Shown here: piece after piece, positions 42,891-55,934 of the stretch
How the letters are laid out: each line of letters starts with the position of its first letter
How positions within the stretch are numbered: the first letter of the stretch is position 1
Assembly: GCF_009914755.1 (NCBI RefSeq)
Contig: NC_060929.1
Direction: 5' to 3' (one strand)
DNA length: 64,000 nt
DNA from: the human T2T-CHM13v2.0 reference genome, Homo sapiens
Made by a program: the position numbers and the translations under genes
The notes under the pieces: generated by a model
The model's input: the letters and a program-made list of their open reading frames with translations, nothing else
Told to the model about the DNA's origin: nothing
Databases searched by the model: none

Positions 42891-44656
42891 CACTCACTTA
42901 ATCATTAGGATTGCTTGGGTCTCCTTGAGATGATATTTCCAAGTCTTTGTTTTAAAGGTAGAGAAGCTAAAGCCCAGCAATGAAGGAAGTAATTTGGCCT
43001 CATTCATTCACTGAGCTTACAGTCTAGTTGGGGAGAAAACAATTAATTAAGGAATCCATAAGTATGGAAATATAAATTGTAATGAAGGAAAATCACGGAG
43101 AGCCATGAGTACCTACAACAGGAAACAGGGATGCTCAGGGAATCTGGGAGAGCTTCCCTGAGGAAGCGTGTTGAAGTATGACACAGAGAATAAATGAGGG
43201 TTAGAAAGGCAAAAGGGGGAGTGGTGGCAGACAGTAGGAACATTTCAGGCTACAGGTATAGTGTACATAAAGGCCCTGCGATCAGTGACACAGAATAGGG
43301 CCTACTTTTCCTGAGTTTCAGTATAGAGATTTTTAAATTCTTCTAGAAGTGACTTTGTAAGCGTTAGTTTCTTTCCTGGTGTCCTCTGGTACCCTGGATA
43401 ACAGCTCATCCTTCCTGAAAACAGGCTGTCAAAAGTTGCATTACATACACAAAGCAAACCAGGGTGGTTTTTAAACTTTTGTCTGAGCTGTCACTTACCT
43501 CCTGATACAAGGTAGCCATGGACTTTTGATAATAAAACACAATGAAACTGATTGTAACAGATTGGAAGAGGAACTGTGCATTTCCTACTCAAAGTTAAAT
43601 ATTTTTCCCAAATTGACCCAAAATAGGTGACTGTTTGGCATTGGATGAGGTAATATTAAGTGGGTGGGTATTTCTCATAAGACTTTCTTTGGAGTTGTAT
43701 AGAAGTCTTTTCCCCGCAGTGAGATGTGCAGGACGTTCTTAAGACATGGCTGTGAGCTAGTGCGGGGTGGGACATGTCTCTGGGAATACAGGTGCTAGCC
43801 CTCCAGGAGGGGACTGGCACAGCTCTCTGCCTAATTAGATTTACTCTTGTGCCCAGATGTCCGTGACACTTAGAATTTGTTCTTCCTACTTAGACCTCGC
43901 TATTCACCTTAGGGACAATAGGTATTCAAAAGGACTACCATTGGGCACTCGCTTCTGACAATCGGCTTCTCAGAGATGGACTGAAATAGGAGTATATTAG
44001 TTGTCACATAAAGTGTGATGTCAGAGCCATCTCAAAGCAAATGATGTGAATGTGATATCTGTTTGTCCTGTCATTTAAAACTCACATTACTTCAGCTCAC
44101 AGGTGTTTTTTTTTCTTTTTTTAAAGGAATAATAGACTGTTAGAGCTACAGGGGACATAGATAGGATCTGATGTGACCTTTTCATTTTATACACGGGAAA
44201 ACTAATTCCAGGAGAATGATGTGGCTTGCCTAAAGGCATATTATATGTCAGCTGTAGATCTGGGAGTCTAAATGGTCTCGTAACTGTTTACTACACAAGC
44301 TATAATACCTCCCTTAAGTGGGTGTAAAATTGTCATTGTGAAGAACTTTTCTCTTCATGAATTTGGGTGCAGAATATACCAGAGAGGAATTATATAGACT
44401 AATTCCTACCCTTATTAAAAATAGTTTCTCTCAGCTAATTTAGACACCCCCCTTCTGAAAAAGAAATCAGTTTACCACCATAAACATAGGAAAAGAACCT
44501 CTAATTATATATGTTGCAAAATAAGTGATATCTTTTTCTTAATTTCAGATAAGCTCTTATTCACATTTTTTCACTCTATCTCATGTGCTGTTTACTTCCT
44601 TATCTCTCAATCTGCACCTGCTCAAAAGAAGCTCAAGTTATCTCAGTCATGTCATT

Positions 44657-44742
44657 AATATATATGATTATATATTATATATAACTATATATTATATATA
44701 TGACTATATATTATATATGTAACTATACATATAATATATATA
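44657..44742. repeat. (TA)-rich low-complexity repeat
   Basis: tatatatgattatatattatatataactatatattatatatatgactatatattatatatgtaactatac. Confidence 0.9.
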
Positions 44743-44944
44743 GTTTTATTTTGTTTTGTTTCAACCTCATTTTAATGAAAGGGTCGGAGCAACCACAGTA
44801 AATGTCTGATTTTAAAACTGAATACCTATCTTGGACTACAAAATAGGCAGGGATAGTTTGTGTTATACTCAGACCAAGTTGGTGTACAGGAAAATCTCAA
44901 TGCAGGCAGTGGCCAGGGGCTGGAAAGTGACAACAGGATGTGGA

Positions 44945-45115
44945 GAAGTCTCTCAAAGTGTGGCCACCTCACCCCAGATCACCTGATGTGCTTATTTAAA
45001 ATGAGGCTCCACCTCAGACCTTCTGAATCCCATTTTCCTGGGGGTGAGGTATGCATATTGCTCCCAAAGTAAGTTTTCTGCATGATTCTTAGGAACATTT
45101 AGATACGAGAACCCC
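44945..45115. mobile_element. MER5-type hAT MITE
   Basis: tctctcaaagtgtggcc...agatcacctgatgtgcttatttaaaatgaggctcc...gaccttctgaatc...gattct...gagaacc. Confidence 0.65.
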
Positions 45116-45353
45116 AAGAATAGAGGGAAGAAAAATAGAAGACGAGCTAAAGGAAATGATAAATAGTTGTGGTTACCATTCATCTCATTTGAGGCAAGTC
45201 CTTTTAAGTCTCAATTTCCCATCTGAGCTCATTCTATTTTCCCTCTGTTCCCTTCCATTTCTGAATTTCCCCAATTCTAAGTTTTTCTCTGAACTTTGAG
45301 CCTGTGAAAAAAGAAGGGATGCTGCCTCAGGCCACCCCAGCCTAGATACTCAC

Positions 45354-46079
45354 TCTGAGTGCCATGAGGTAGTAGAGGACACTGATGACAGTCATGGGGA
45401 GGAGGTAGAATAGGAAGGAGGTGACCTGGATGATGAAATTGTAGATCCACATGGGCTTGATGACCGTACAGGTGGCCGAACCTGGGACCAGGGACCCATT
45501 GGGGAAGTAGTGGAACTTGATGCCATGGATGCTGGTGTTGGGCAGGGAGAAGAGCACGGAGAAGCCCCAGACGATGCCGAGGATCCTGAGGGCCCGGCGC
45601 CGGGTGCTCTGCAGTTTGGCGCGGAACGGGTGTAGGATGGCCACGTAGCGCTCCACGCTGACGGTGGTGATGCTGAGGATGGAGGCGAAGCACACGGTCT
45701 CAAAGAGGGCCGTCTTGAAGTAGCAGCCCACGGGCCCGAACAAGAAAGGGTAGTTGCGCCACATCTCATAGACCTCCAGGGGCATTCCAAGGAGCAGGAC
45801 CAGGAGGTCAGAGACCGCCAGGCTGAAGAGGTAGTAGTTGGTGGGCGTCTTCATAGCCTGGTGCTGCAGAATCACCAGGCACACCAGGACATTGCCAATG
45901 ACCCCCACCACAAAAATTGGCACATACACCACAGACACGGGGAGGAAGAAGTGGCTGCGCCGAGGTCCGCAGAGGAAGGCCAGATACTCCTCGGTGCTGT
46001 TCAGGTGTTTCTGGAATGGATCTTCTAGTTTCTGCTGGTAGATCCAGGAAGCATTCTGAAGTTTTTCCATCCCTGACAT
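45354..46079 (-). CDS. NMUR2: NMUR2 coding exon 1 (aa 1-242; N-terminus, TM1-TM5)
   Basis: [36 protein letters not shown]... with class A GPCR motifs GN (TM1), LAVSD (TM2), ERY (TM3) and N-glycosylation sequons NAS/NST/NGS; ends ...ALR followed by a GTGAGT donor at 45353; 726 nt, phase 0. Confidence 0.98.
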
Positions 46080-46420
46080 TAAAATCCAAGGCCTGAGCCT
46101 CCCCTGGTACGAGGCTCTGTTTCAAGCTGAGCCAGGAAAAAAAAAAAAAAAAGAAAAAAGGAAAACAAAAAAGAGAAAGCAGTCACGAAAGTCACAGGCT
46201 TCGTAAGGAAGGCTGGGAGAGAGTGAGTGTTTCACCCTCCAGGTTAGGCTGCCTGGACCGCCGATCCCTTTTGAAGAGCCCCGGAGACACAAGCCCCTCC
46301 CCTTGACAGGCTGAGGGCCAATGAGAGTGTGTTAGGCTGCACTGGAGGAGAGGGGTGCTGGCTTCGAGTCAGGAAGCAGGGGAGGAGGCAGAGACCTCTC
46401 CCTGAATGGGAAGGAGCTGG
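46080..46420 (-). promoter_or_regulatory. NMUR2 5'UTR and proximal promoter region
   Basis: Non-repetitive, relatively GC-rich sequence directly upstream of the ATG; CCAAT at 46318-46322 (+ strand) and G/A-rich Sp/KLF-like tracts; no clear TATA box; the TSS cannot be determined from sequence. Confidence 0.55.
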
Positions 46421-46899
46421 GAAGGCAGAGCTGACACAAAAGAAGCCACTCGAACTTCATGGATGGGCACTTTGAGCAATGCAGGTTGCAAAGTTGTGGG
46501 AATCTGGGTAGACATAGAAATTAAAGTTGCAGGGCCATGGGCAAAAGAATACCAATCTCCACTAACCCTTGTCAGCCGTACAGCATGATGAAAATAGGAG
46601 ATCAATAGATTTCTCAAGTTATCTTGTTCCACTGGAAATTCAGGGTTCTCTGGGGATTAATGTGATAACATGATTAATGTGACTTTTTGGTTTTAACTGC
46701 ATCAACGATAGAATCCGAAGCCTGAAAGGGCGCATGCACAGTGCCTAGCCCTGACTGCTAACTGACTCTTCAGTCTCAGCAGAGCTTTGCTGTAAGCAAA
46801 AGGCAAATGGACTTCAGAATTAGGAACACTCATAGAAATTTAGGAAAGTTGGCACAGTTACCCAAACTCTTAGAGGCTTATTTCCTTATCTGCATCATT

Positions 46900-47560
46900 A
46901 ATTCGATTGCGTTCCACAATAACTTCTTGAGGATTCACTATTTGCCAGGGAATGTTCTAAGCTTTGTAGAAACACTAGTGTACAAGCAAGACAAGGTCTC
47001 TGCCCTAGTGGAGCTTTTCTTGCAGTAGGGAATTCTGAAAACACACAAGCAAATGAATAAATTAATAATATAATTTCAGATAGTAATTGATAAATAATTA
47101 TTTATCAAGGATGGTGAAAGAAAACTTATCTCAGGAGATGTCACTTTAGCTGAGGTCTGAATGATGAAGTCAGTCATGAAAGAGCTAAGGGAAGTGTATT
47201 ACTCAGCAAAAGTAATAGCAAGTGCAAAGGTCCTGAGGCAGAAACAAGCTGGATAGGTTTTAAAAATATCAGGAAGACCAGAATAACTGGAATTTAATAA
47301 GTGGTCAGCAAAGTATGAATGCTTAGATTGAAGTGGCTGGCAGGTACAGGTTCATGTAAACTCTTATAGGCCATGGAAGAGAGTTTAGCTCTGATTCAAA
47401 TGGCAGGGAGAAGTCTTTAAAAGATTTTGCACTGGAGAATTAACGAGGGAGAAATTTTAACAGAAGGTAGGTAAGAGGCTAGTAAGACATAGTAGTGGCT
47501 TGGATTCTATGAGCAGTGGAGTTGAGAGATTTCTTTGGATTTAGGAATATTTTTGCAGGA
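46900..47560 (-). mobile_element. L2 (antisense to +)
   Basis: cactatttgccagggaatgttctaagc...gacaaggtctctgccctagtggagctt...gcaagtgcaaaggtcctgaggcag. Confidence 0.65.
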
Positions 47561-47729
47561 GATAATACCTTTTATGGTCATTGAGAAGACTAAATTAAAT
47601 TATATATAACGAAGCAACTTATACTTAAGAGATGCTCACTAAATGTTAATTTTTTCCCTTTATTTGTTAAATCAGATTATGACGTTAAAAATTAGAGAGG
47701 GAAAGTGACTTGTCCAAGAATAAGTCATC

Positions 47730-48125
47730 TCTCAAGTTAAGATAGTTTACGCTGCTGTAACAAATGATTGACATATCTTGGTGGTTTTAAACAATACAGA
47801 TTTATTTCTCTTGTACTTCAAATGTATTGAGGGTCTGTCTCATGCTATGCTCACTCATAAACCTAGGCTGATGCAGTGGTCACTCTCTGGAATTTTGATT
47901 ATCATTGTGATAGAGGAAAAGAGAGCTCTGGATGGTCTTAAGTAGGTAATTATAGGCTCTAGCCCAAAAGTAAGTAACTCATTGCCAGTTTTTCTCACAG
48001 CTCATTGACCAAGGTTAATCATATGTACCCATTCGACTACAGCAGGGTCAGGAAGTGCTGTCTTAGCATGTGCACAGAAGATGGAAAAGTAGGAAAAATT
48101 GATCAATAACATTAATAATAATTAC
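47730..48125 (-). mobile_element. MLT1J/K-like MaLR LTR
   Basis: tcaagttaagatagtttacgctgctgtaacaaatg...ggttttaaacaatacagatttatttctc...cattgaccaag. Confidence 0.65.
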
Positions 48126-48338
48126 AGACATGTAATAGGTATTGCAGAGCCAGAATTAGGGCCCTCTAGTTAAAGGCAAGTTTTGATGTTAAAATCACTA
48201 TTTACAAACTTTAACGTATTTTTCTAATGAAATAGGAAAAGTTTAATGAGAATATCTCATTTAGATGTAAGGATCGTTATAAGGGTGCACAGTGGCAGAC
48301 TATAAACTTAGCGCTGAGGAAGATGGAAAATATTTCTT

Positions 48339-50273
48339 TCTTTAACAAAAATATTTTTCCATAAGTTACTGGGGTACAGGTGGTATTTGGTTACACAAGT
48401 AAGTTCTTTAGTAGAGATTTGTGAGAACCTGGTGCACCCATCACCCAAGCAGTATACACTGCACCATATTTGTTGTCTTTTATCCCTCACCTGCCTCCCT
48501 CTCTTCCCCTAAAGTCCCCAAAGTCCATTGTATCATTCTTATGCGTTTGCATCTTCACACCTTAGCTCCCACATATCAGTGAGAACATATGATGTTTGGT
48601 TGTCCATTCCTGAGTTACTCCACTTAGAATAATAGTCTTTAATCTCACCCAGGTCATTGCAAATGCTGTTAATTCATTCCTTTTTATGGCTGTGTAGTAT
48701 TCATATATATGTATGGAAATATATTTATATATTATATATCCATATATGGATATATATTTATATATTATATTTATATTATATTATATTATATATTATATTA
48801 TATTGTATATTATATATATTATATATAATATATATAAGATATATTATATATAATATTATATATAATATATATTATATAGTATTTATATATGATATATCCA
48901 TATATATGGATATATAGGATATCCATATATGATATATCCATATATATCAATATATATCAGAGTTTCTTTATCCACTCACTGATTGATGGGCATTTAGGTT
49001 GGTTCCACAATTTTACTGTTGCGAATTGTGCTGCTATAAACAGGCATGTGCAAGTATTTTTTTCGAATAATGACTTCTTTTCCTCAGACACCCAGTAGTG
49101 GGATTGCTGGATCAAATGGTAGATCTACTTTTAGTTCTTTAAGGAATCTCCACACTATTTTCCATAGTGGCAGTACTAGTTTACATTCCCACCAGCAGTG
49201 TAGAAGTGTTGCCTGATCACCGCATCCACACCAACATCTACTGATTTTTGATGCTTTGATTATGGCCATTCTTGCAGGAGTAAGGTGGTATCGCACTGTG
49301 ATTTTGATTTGCCTTTCCCTGATTATTAGTGATGTTGAGCATTTTTCCATATGTTTGTTGGTCATTTGTATATCTTCTTTTGAGAATTGTCTATTCCTGT
49401 TCTTAGCCCACTTTTTGATGGGATTTTTTTTTCTTACTGATTTGTTTGAGTTTGTTGTAGATTCTGGGTATTAGTTCTTTGTCAGATGTATAGATTGTGA
49501 AGATTTTCTCCCACTCTGTGGGTTGTCTGTTTACTCTGCTGACTGTTCCTTTTGCCATGAAAAAGCTCTTTAGTTTAATTAGCTCCCAGCTATTTATCTT
49601 TGTTTTTATTGCAATTGCTTTTGGGTTTTTGGTCATGAATTTCTTGCCTAAGCCAATGTCTAGAAGGGTTTTTCCAATGTTATCGTCTAGAATTTTTATA
49701 GTTTCAGGTCTTAGGTTTAAGCCCTTAATCCATCTTAGTTGATTTTTGTATAAGGTGAGAGATGAGGATCCAGTTTTATTCTCCTACATGTGGCTAGCCA
49801 ATTGTCCCAGCACCATTTGTTGAAAAGGGAGTCCTTTCCCCCACTTTATGTTTTTGTTTGCTTTGTTGAAGATCAGTTGGCCATAAGTATTTAGGTTTAT
49901 GTCTGGATTTTCGATTCTGTTCTTTTGGTCTTTGTGCCTATTTTTATACCAGTGCCATGCTGTTTTGGTGACTATGGCCTTATAGTGTAGTTTGAACTCA
50001 AGTAGTGTGATGCCTCCAGATTTATTCTTTTTGCTTAGCCTCTCTTTGGCTATGTGGCTCTTTTTTCGTTCCTTATGAACTTTAGAATTGTTTTTTCTAA
50101 TTCTGTGAAGAATGATGGTGGTATTTTGATGAGGATTGCATTGAATTTATAGATTGCTTTAGGCAGTATGGTCATTTTCACAGTATTGATTCTGTTCTCC
50201 ATGAGCATGGGATGTGTTTTCATTTGTTTGTGTCATTGATGATTTCTTTCAGCAGTGTTTTGTAGTTCTGTAG
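48339..50273 (-). mobile_element. L1PB-type element, 5'-truncated
   Basis: 3'UTR tttccataagttactggggtacaggtggtatttggttacac... and ORF2 remnants ([23 protein letters not shown]; [24 protein letters not shown]). Confidence 0.92.
48700..48958. repeat. AT-rich (TA)n/(TATTA)n expansion inside the L1
   Basis: Direct reading; contains the palindromes atatccatatatggatat and atatccatatatatggatat. Confidence 0.93.
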
Positions 50274-50675
<402 letters not shown>

Positions 50676-50789
50676 TGAGGCAACAAATCTAAAATTCAAA
50701 GGCATTTCCACATTGTGACAGGGTAGGTCTAATCAAAAAGGATGATGTCTAGTACAGAATGTAGTAGCAGGCTCAATGCAGGGAGATGC

Positions 50790-50975
50790 TATAGAAGTAA
50801 TAAAGGCACGGACTGCAGCGTAGCTTTGGGATTCAAATCTTGGTTCTGCCTCCTACTAGCTATGTGACCATAAGGAACATAATTAAACTCTGTAAGCCTC
50901 AGTTACTCCATCAGCAAAATGAGTAAAATAGCAGTATTGCTTTACAGGATTTCTAGGAGAATTAAATCGTTCCTG
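50790..50975 (+). mobile_element. MIR
   Basis: ggattcaaatcttggttctgcctcctactagctatgtgacc...aagcctcagttactccatcagcaaaatgag. Confidence 0.75.
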
Positions 50976-52019
50976 GTAAAATATTCAGTGTAAATTATTT
51001 TAAATAACATAATATTTAAATAAGTATTTAATAATGGGATATGCAATTGAATAATAATGATAATTTCATGATGGGGATGTCTTTCTTTTTATTGGGGTCA
51101 GAAAGACTATTACAAGATTTAAAAACTGGGAGATGTGCTTGGAGCTGCTAAAATGAGGAGTACTTCCAGCTTTTAATTAACTTTTAGTGCAGTATAGCAA
51201 GTCAGAATAGCTTCTAGGAAAGTATATAGACATCTGTTCCCCAGGTCACCAAGGTTTGCACCTGTACTTACCAACTATGTGAAGATGGTGAGAATAGCAA
51301 GGGGCTCAATATCTTGTAGGTAAGATTTGATGCAAGTGGAGATGTTTGCCTGAAGAAGACTCAGAGGAAAAAAGTGGGGCATGAGGATCACTTTCAAATA
51401 TTTGAAAAAATATTTGGGTGACACCCATGGACAGAGGGGGAACTAATATTTAGAAAACCTAAAAGAACAATAATTTAGAGTCAATTCCACTGAGATTTCC
51501 TGATAAGTGAAGAGAGAACCTCTCAATCGTTCCCCTGAAAAATAAGAAATCAGTATTTACCCACCAATTTCTGTCCCCTATTGTTTGAGGTTTGCTCCTG
51601 GGGCAATAACTCCCCTATATCTCTGGGCTATTCTTGCTCATGGGTTGCATAGGCTTCCATGTGTCAGGGAAGGCTATGGAGTAGAAAAATAGAAATGTGG
51701 CATAGACTTATGATGCAACCCTATCAGCCTGGGTAAGTCTGAGCTTGCAAAGGGCCATCCTTCCCAGCTGTAGCTAAAACCACGTGGGCCAAGGGATTAT
51801 GATTTGGGAGTACCAGTAGCATTTTCTAAAATCTATAAAATAAAAAACAATAACACTAGATAACATCTGTTGAACATTTATTCTTTCCAGGCTCTGTTGT
51901 AAGCTTTTACATGTATCAGCACATACAATCTTTACAATACTGCCTACAAGGTAGGCTGTTTGTTTATCCCTGCCATTAGAAGCACATGCAGATTACGGGA
52001 ATAGTTGAAACTCACGTAG

Positions 52020-52900
52020 TATATCAGTCATTTGGGTTAGGTTATGTTTCAGTAACAAAAATTTCCAAATTTTTGTAGACTAAAATAAAGGTTTATTTCT
52101 TGCTCATTCTACATGTCATCAAGGGTTGTCCAGTAGTCTCGGTCCTACACTGATCTCACATTGGAATTCAGGCTCCAACTGGTGTTTTTACAATTCCCAA
52201 AGGAGGATTCCCAAGGGGACCCTACTTAAATGTTCTGCCTAGGAATGACAGAGATCACTTCCATTCACATCTGAGGGCTAAATCAAGTTACATGGGAAAT
52301 CCTAATTCTAAGGAGGGCACAAAGAACCATCTCACTATGTGCTTAGGAGGAGAAAGCCAAAACTACTTGGTAAATAGAATTAATGACTATATGTTGTGCT
52401 CCTCTGGACACAAACATTCTTTCTTGCAGGCAAAAGACTCTTCTCCCTTCTCTATTGCAGATACCCCAACATTCCTAGCCCAGTCACAGCTGCAAGTTAA
52501 AAATCCAGGATCTCTGGAGAACATCCAAGATGTTCTTTATAGCAGAAAATAGAACAGTATTCTCTCTGTCACATCCATATGAGGATCCTCTCATTCCAGA
52601 GACCTATAAACTAAAAGGGCAAGTTATTAGTTTCCCACATGGACACTTCCAGCTTCTAATAATACTTTTTTATTTGCCCATTATCTGGCCCCTAGACAAA
52701 TGCCATATACTTTAGAGTTCTATAGCAATGCTCCACTTTCAGATCCAGTTTTGAGTCAGTAACTTGGACTAGATTTTGCTGAGGTAACAACCCCAAACTC
52801 TCAGTGACTTTAAACAACAAAGGCTTTTTTTCACCTGTGTCGATTGTGGCTGGGAAGGGAAACTTTTGTGTTACACTGTCTTCATCTGGGATAATATGGA
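52020..52900 (-). mobile_element. MLT1 (J/K-like) LTR and internal fragments
   Basis: taggttatgtttcagtaacaaa...taaaataaaggtttatttcttgctca; a second LTR-like start at about 52760 (gaggtaacaaccccaaactctcagtgactttaaacaacaaagg). Confidence 0.55.
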
Positions 52901-54129
52901 AAATTCCACCACCTGAAGGGGAGTAAAAAAAACTCCTGGGAAGATGTGACCATGGGGGTGTTGGCTTCTCAATCCTATCTTTCCAAGGGACTTCTCCTTG
53001 TGCTTTAGCATCTAGCACTGTTCTGGGTAATGAGGATTTACTCAGTAAAGGGAATATAAACGAAAAGGCCTTGTAGCAACTAGATTGGATATAAGGCAAC
53101 CACATTTGTCAAAGGAATAATTAGGCAAATCATCATCATCTTATAAGAAAGTTTTTATTTTATAGACACTAACAATGTGAAGAAATTTTCTAGAAAGTTC
53201 TGTTAGTAGGAACAGAACTTTGATTCAGAGGCATAACATTCCAGCTCTCTTCAGCATTGGCATCCCAGGGAGTTAGGAAATGCTCATGTGACCTTGGATA
53301 ACAACAATGAAAATAGAGTGCCTAGAACAAGGGGAGTTATCTTCAGTTCTGTTAAGCACCAGAACAAGACTATTTGCACTAGTTTGAGCAGACAGACACT
53401 AGTGGCATTGAGGATCTTTTCATATATCTATTGGCCATTTGTACATCTTCTTTGGAGAAATGTCTATTTGTGTCCTTCGTTCATTTTTTAAAATGTTTTT
53501 CCTCATCACTAAATTGAGAGTATTTTTTATGAAAGCTAAGGTCCCGTCTATGTTCCAAAAATATCAGTGGCATTTGGCTAATCACAGTAATTCTTCCACC
53601 CTGATGATCAATCTAGTGTTTTTTAAATGAGGCCTAGTGGGTCTGTACTCTAGCAGATTTATAGGAGACAAAGGAGATAGGTCCTTGATTTAGATTAATT
53701 TTTATAGATACATCTGTGCCTTCACAGTTTCCCAGAAAGTCAGGGTGAACTTTGTGGCAAGAGATGTCACATATCCACAATGAGAATCATGGGTGGCTGT
53801 TGATTTCTTTCTGAACTCTTTGATGGAAATAGAGTCAGTTTCAGCTCTAATCTCAATGGCTTTTACTGATTTAAAACAGAGAATGACTAAGGGTTCTTAA
53901 AACACTAGCAGATGGAAGCTTTGGTAATTATTTCTTTATGAAAGTGGATACCTGAGTCGCATCTAGAATACACAGATTGCTCTGTAGATCAGAACGTGAC
54001 TCAGTAAAGACAGCACCTCGCTAGTGGTATTATTTAAAAGGAGAAAAATCCTCCATTGTCTAAAATTTCCTGCCCCAGTCGTGCTTGAAATCTTATTATT
54101 TCTTTAAGCATCTCTTCTCTGTGAGGAAA

Positions 54130-54315
54130 AATCATCATCAACAATGCCAGCTTCCATGATCGACTGGCACTGAGCTAAGTGCTTTGTTTGTATTCTCTAA
54201 TTTAATCCTTGCAACAACCCAAAGAGGAAGTATTTTTATTACCCACATTTTACAGATGAGAAAAGCCAAGATTTAGAAAGGTTACATGCTTCACGAACTC
54301 ACACAGTTAATTTTC
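54130..54315 (-). mobile_element. MIR
   Basis: ggcactgagctaagtgcttt...tttaatccttgcaacaaccc...cattttacagatgagaaaagc. Confidence 0.75.
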
Positions 54316-54637
54316 ATCAGTGCCACAGGTACTTGTACAGGACCTGACCACTTGCTGTCTGAATGCAGAGCCTTTGCAGTGAGTTACGGCTCAGAATCAC
54401 CATGTCACAAAAGCTATGCTATTTTCACATAAATTACTGAGCCATGCATTTAAGGGGTACCTACATTTAAACAGAGTATTCCTATAGATACAATATATTC
54501 ACCCAAGGGTCAGTCCATAGCTGACATGTACTCAGTTCTGGGATTCACAATGTAAGGGACTTTTCCATTTAAATTACAAAATAAAATTTTATGCACTCAA
54601 GTTAATAGAACTTGTCGAAGTATTTTGCACTGAAGTG

Positions 54638-54685
54638 TTTACACCAGAACAGATTGTAAATGTACACAGATTGTTCTGGTGTAAA
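54638..54685. repeat. Perfect 14-bp inverted repeat with a 20-nt spacer
   Basis: tttacaccagaaca (54638-54651) and tgttctggtgtaaa (54672-54685). Confidence 0.9.
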
Positions 54686-55066
54686 TTAGCTTGCAGGATA
54701 AAGTAAGTGGCAATTTTTCATATTAGTATTATTTATATAATAAGGTTACCTGTAGATAACACCAGTGTGCCAGGCATGGTGAAAGGTATTTTGAACAAAA
54801 ATAGTCAGGGTATGGTTATGACTTAGACTAATCAACTAATCATATAATAATGTAAAATTATAGCAGGGTCACGCAAGAGAGGTACTTTATTAGGAATGCT
54901 ATGAGATGTGATCTAGAGCAGAGATCAGAGAGTAGAAACTCACAACATGAAGCATTGGAGGTAAGAGTTGGAAGAGGAGCATTCTAGGCAAAGCAAAGAG
55001 TATGTGCAAACGTCCAGGGAGGGAAGAGAGGTTGGTACCCATGAGGAGGAGGTGTGGAGGCCACTG

Positions 55067-55626
55067 TGAGGCAGGAGAATAGGGTCTGGAGGCAGGGAAC
55101 CTAAGGCTGATTCATGCTGACTTCCTAGAACTAAATCAAAAGGAAAACCCCAACTTTCCACGCCTAAGTATCAAAAGGACCACAGGTTATGCCCATTGCA
55201 ACTCCCCTTTTTCTGCATGGCAGATGAAAAACTGAAACTACCTCTGATTGGTCTTCTCCCACAGCCAATCAGGCTGGTCTTGGGCCAAGTCTTTATTTAG
55301 AGGAGTATAACTTTGTGACTTCACTTCAGCCTCTGAGTGGTCACTTTCCACAACCAGTCAGAATGATTGTAGGCCACTACTTAATTTACATAGGGTGTAC
55401 ACCAAGTAACTAGTGGGAAACCTCTAGAGGGTATTTAAGCCCCAGAAAATTCTGTAACTGGGTTCTTAAACAACTATGCTCAGTCGGGCTCCCACCTTGT
55501 GGAGTGTACTTTTGTTTTCAATAAATCTCTGCTTTTGTTGCTTCATTCTTTCCTTGCTTTGTTTGTGCATTTTGTCCAATTCTTTGTTCAGGATGCCAAG
55601 AACCTGGACACCCTCCACAGGTAACA
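55067..55626 (+). mobile_element. MER51A-type ERV1 solo LTR inserted in L2
   Basis: TG...CA ends (tgaggcaggagaatagggtctggaggcagggaacctaagg ... aagaacctggacaccctccacaggtaaca); perfect 4-bp TSD ACTG at 55063-55066 and 55627-55630; CCAAT boxes, TATTTAA and AATAAA inside. Confidence 0.92.
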
Positions 55627-55934
55627 ACTGAGCCTGGGGAGCATACTGTGAGATCAGGACCATGCAGAGACTTGTAGGCCATACTAAGGCCTTTACTTTT
55701 GTTTCTCTTTGCTATTAAAGAAGCCAATGAAACATTTTAAACTGGAAAGACATGATTTTCAAAAAGATCCCTCTTGGCTGCAGGGAGAAAATGAATGGAG
55801 GTGGGAAAGATGAGGAGATATAGGCTATTTCACTAGTCTAAATAAGGGATAACAGTCACTTGGGCTTAGATAGTGACAGTAGAGATGGTGGGAAGAGATA
55901 GAAAGAAAATAAAGGCAGCAGGACTGCCAAATAT

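Noticed and set aside
45277-46125. Long overlapping ORFs in the alternative frames of exon 1 (138, 132 and 105 aa) and an antisense 67-aa ORF
   Set aside because: The three same-strand ORFs begin at GTG/TTG as called, have biased composition, and are expected shadows of a GC3-rich CDS; there is no independent evidence of coding
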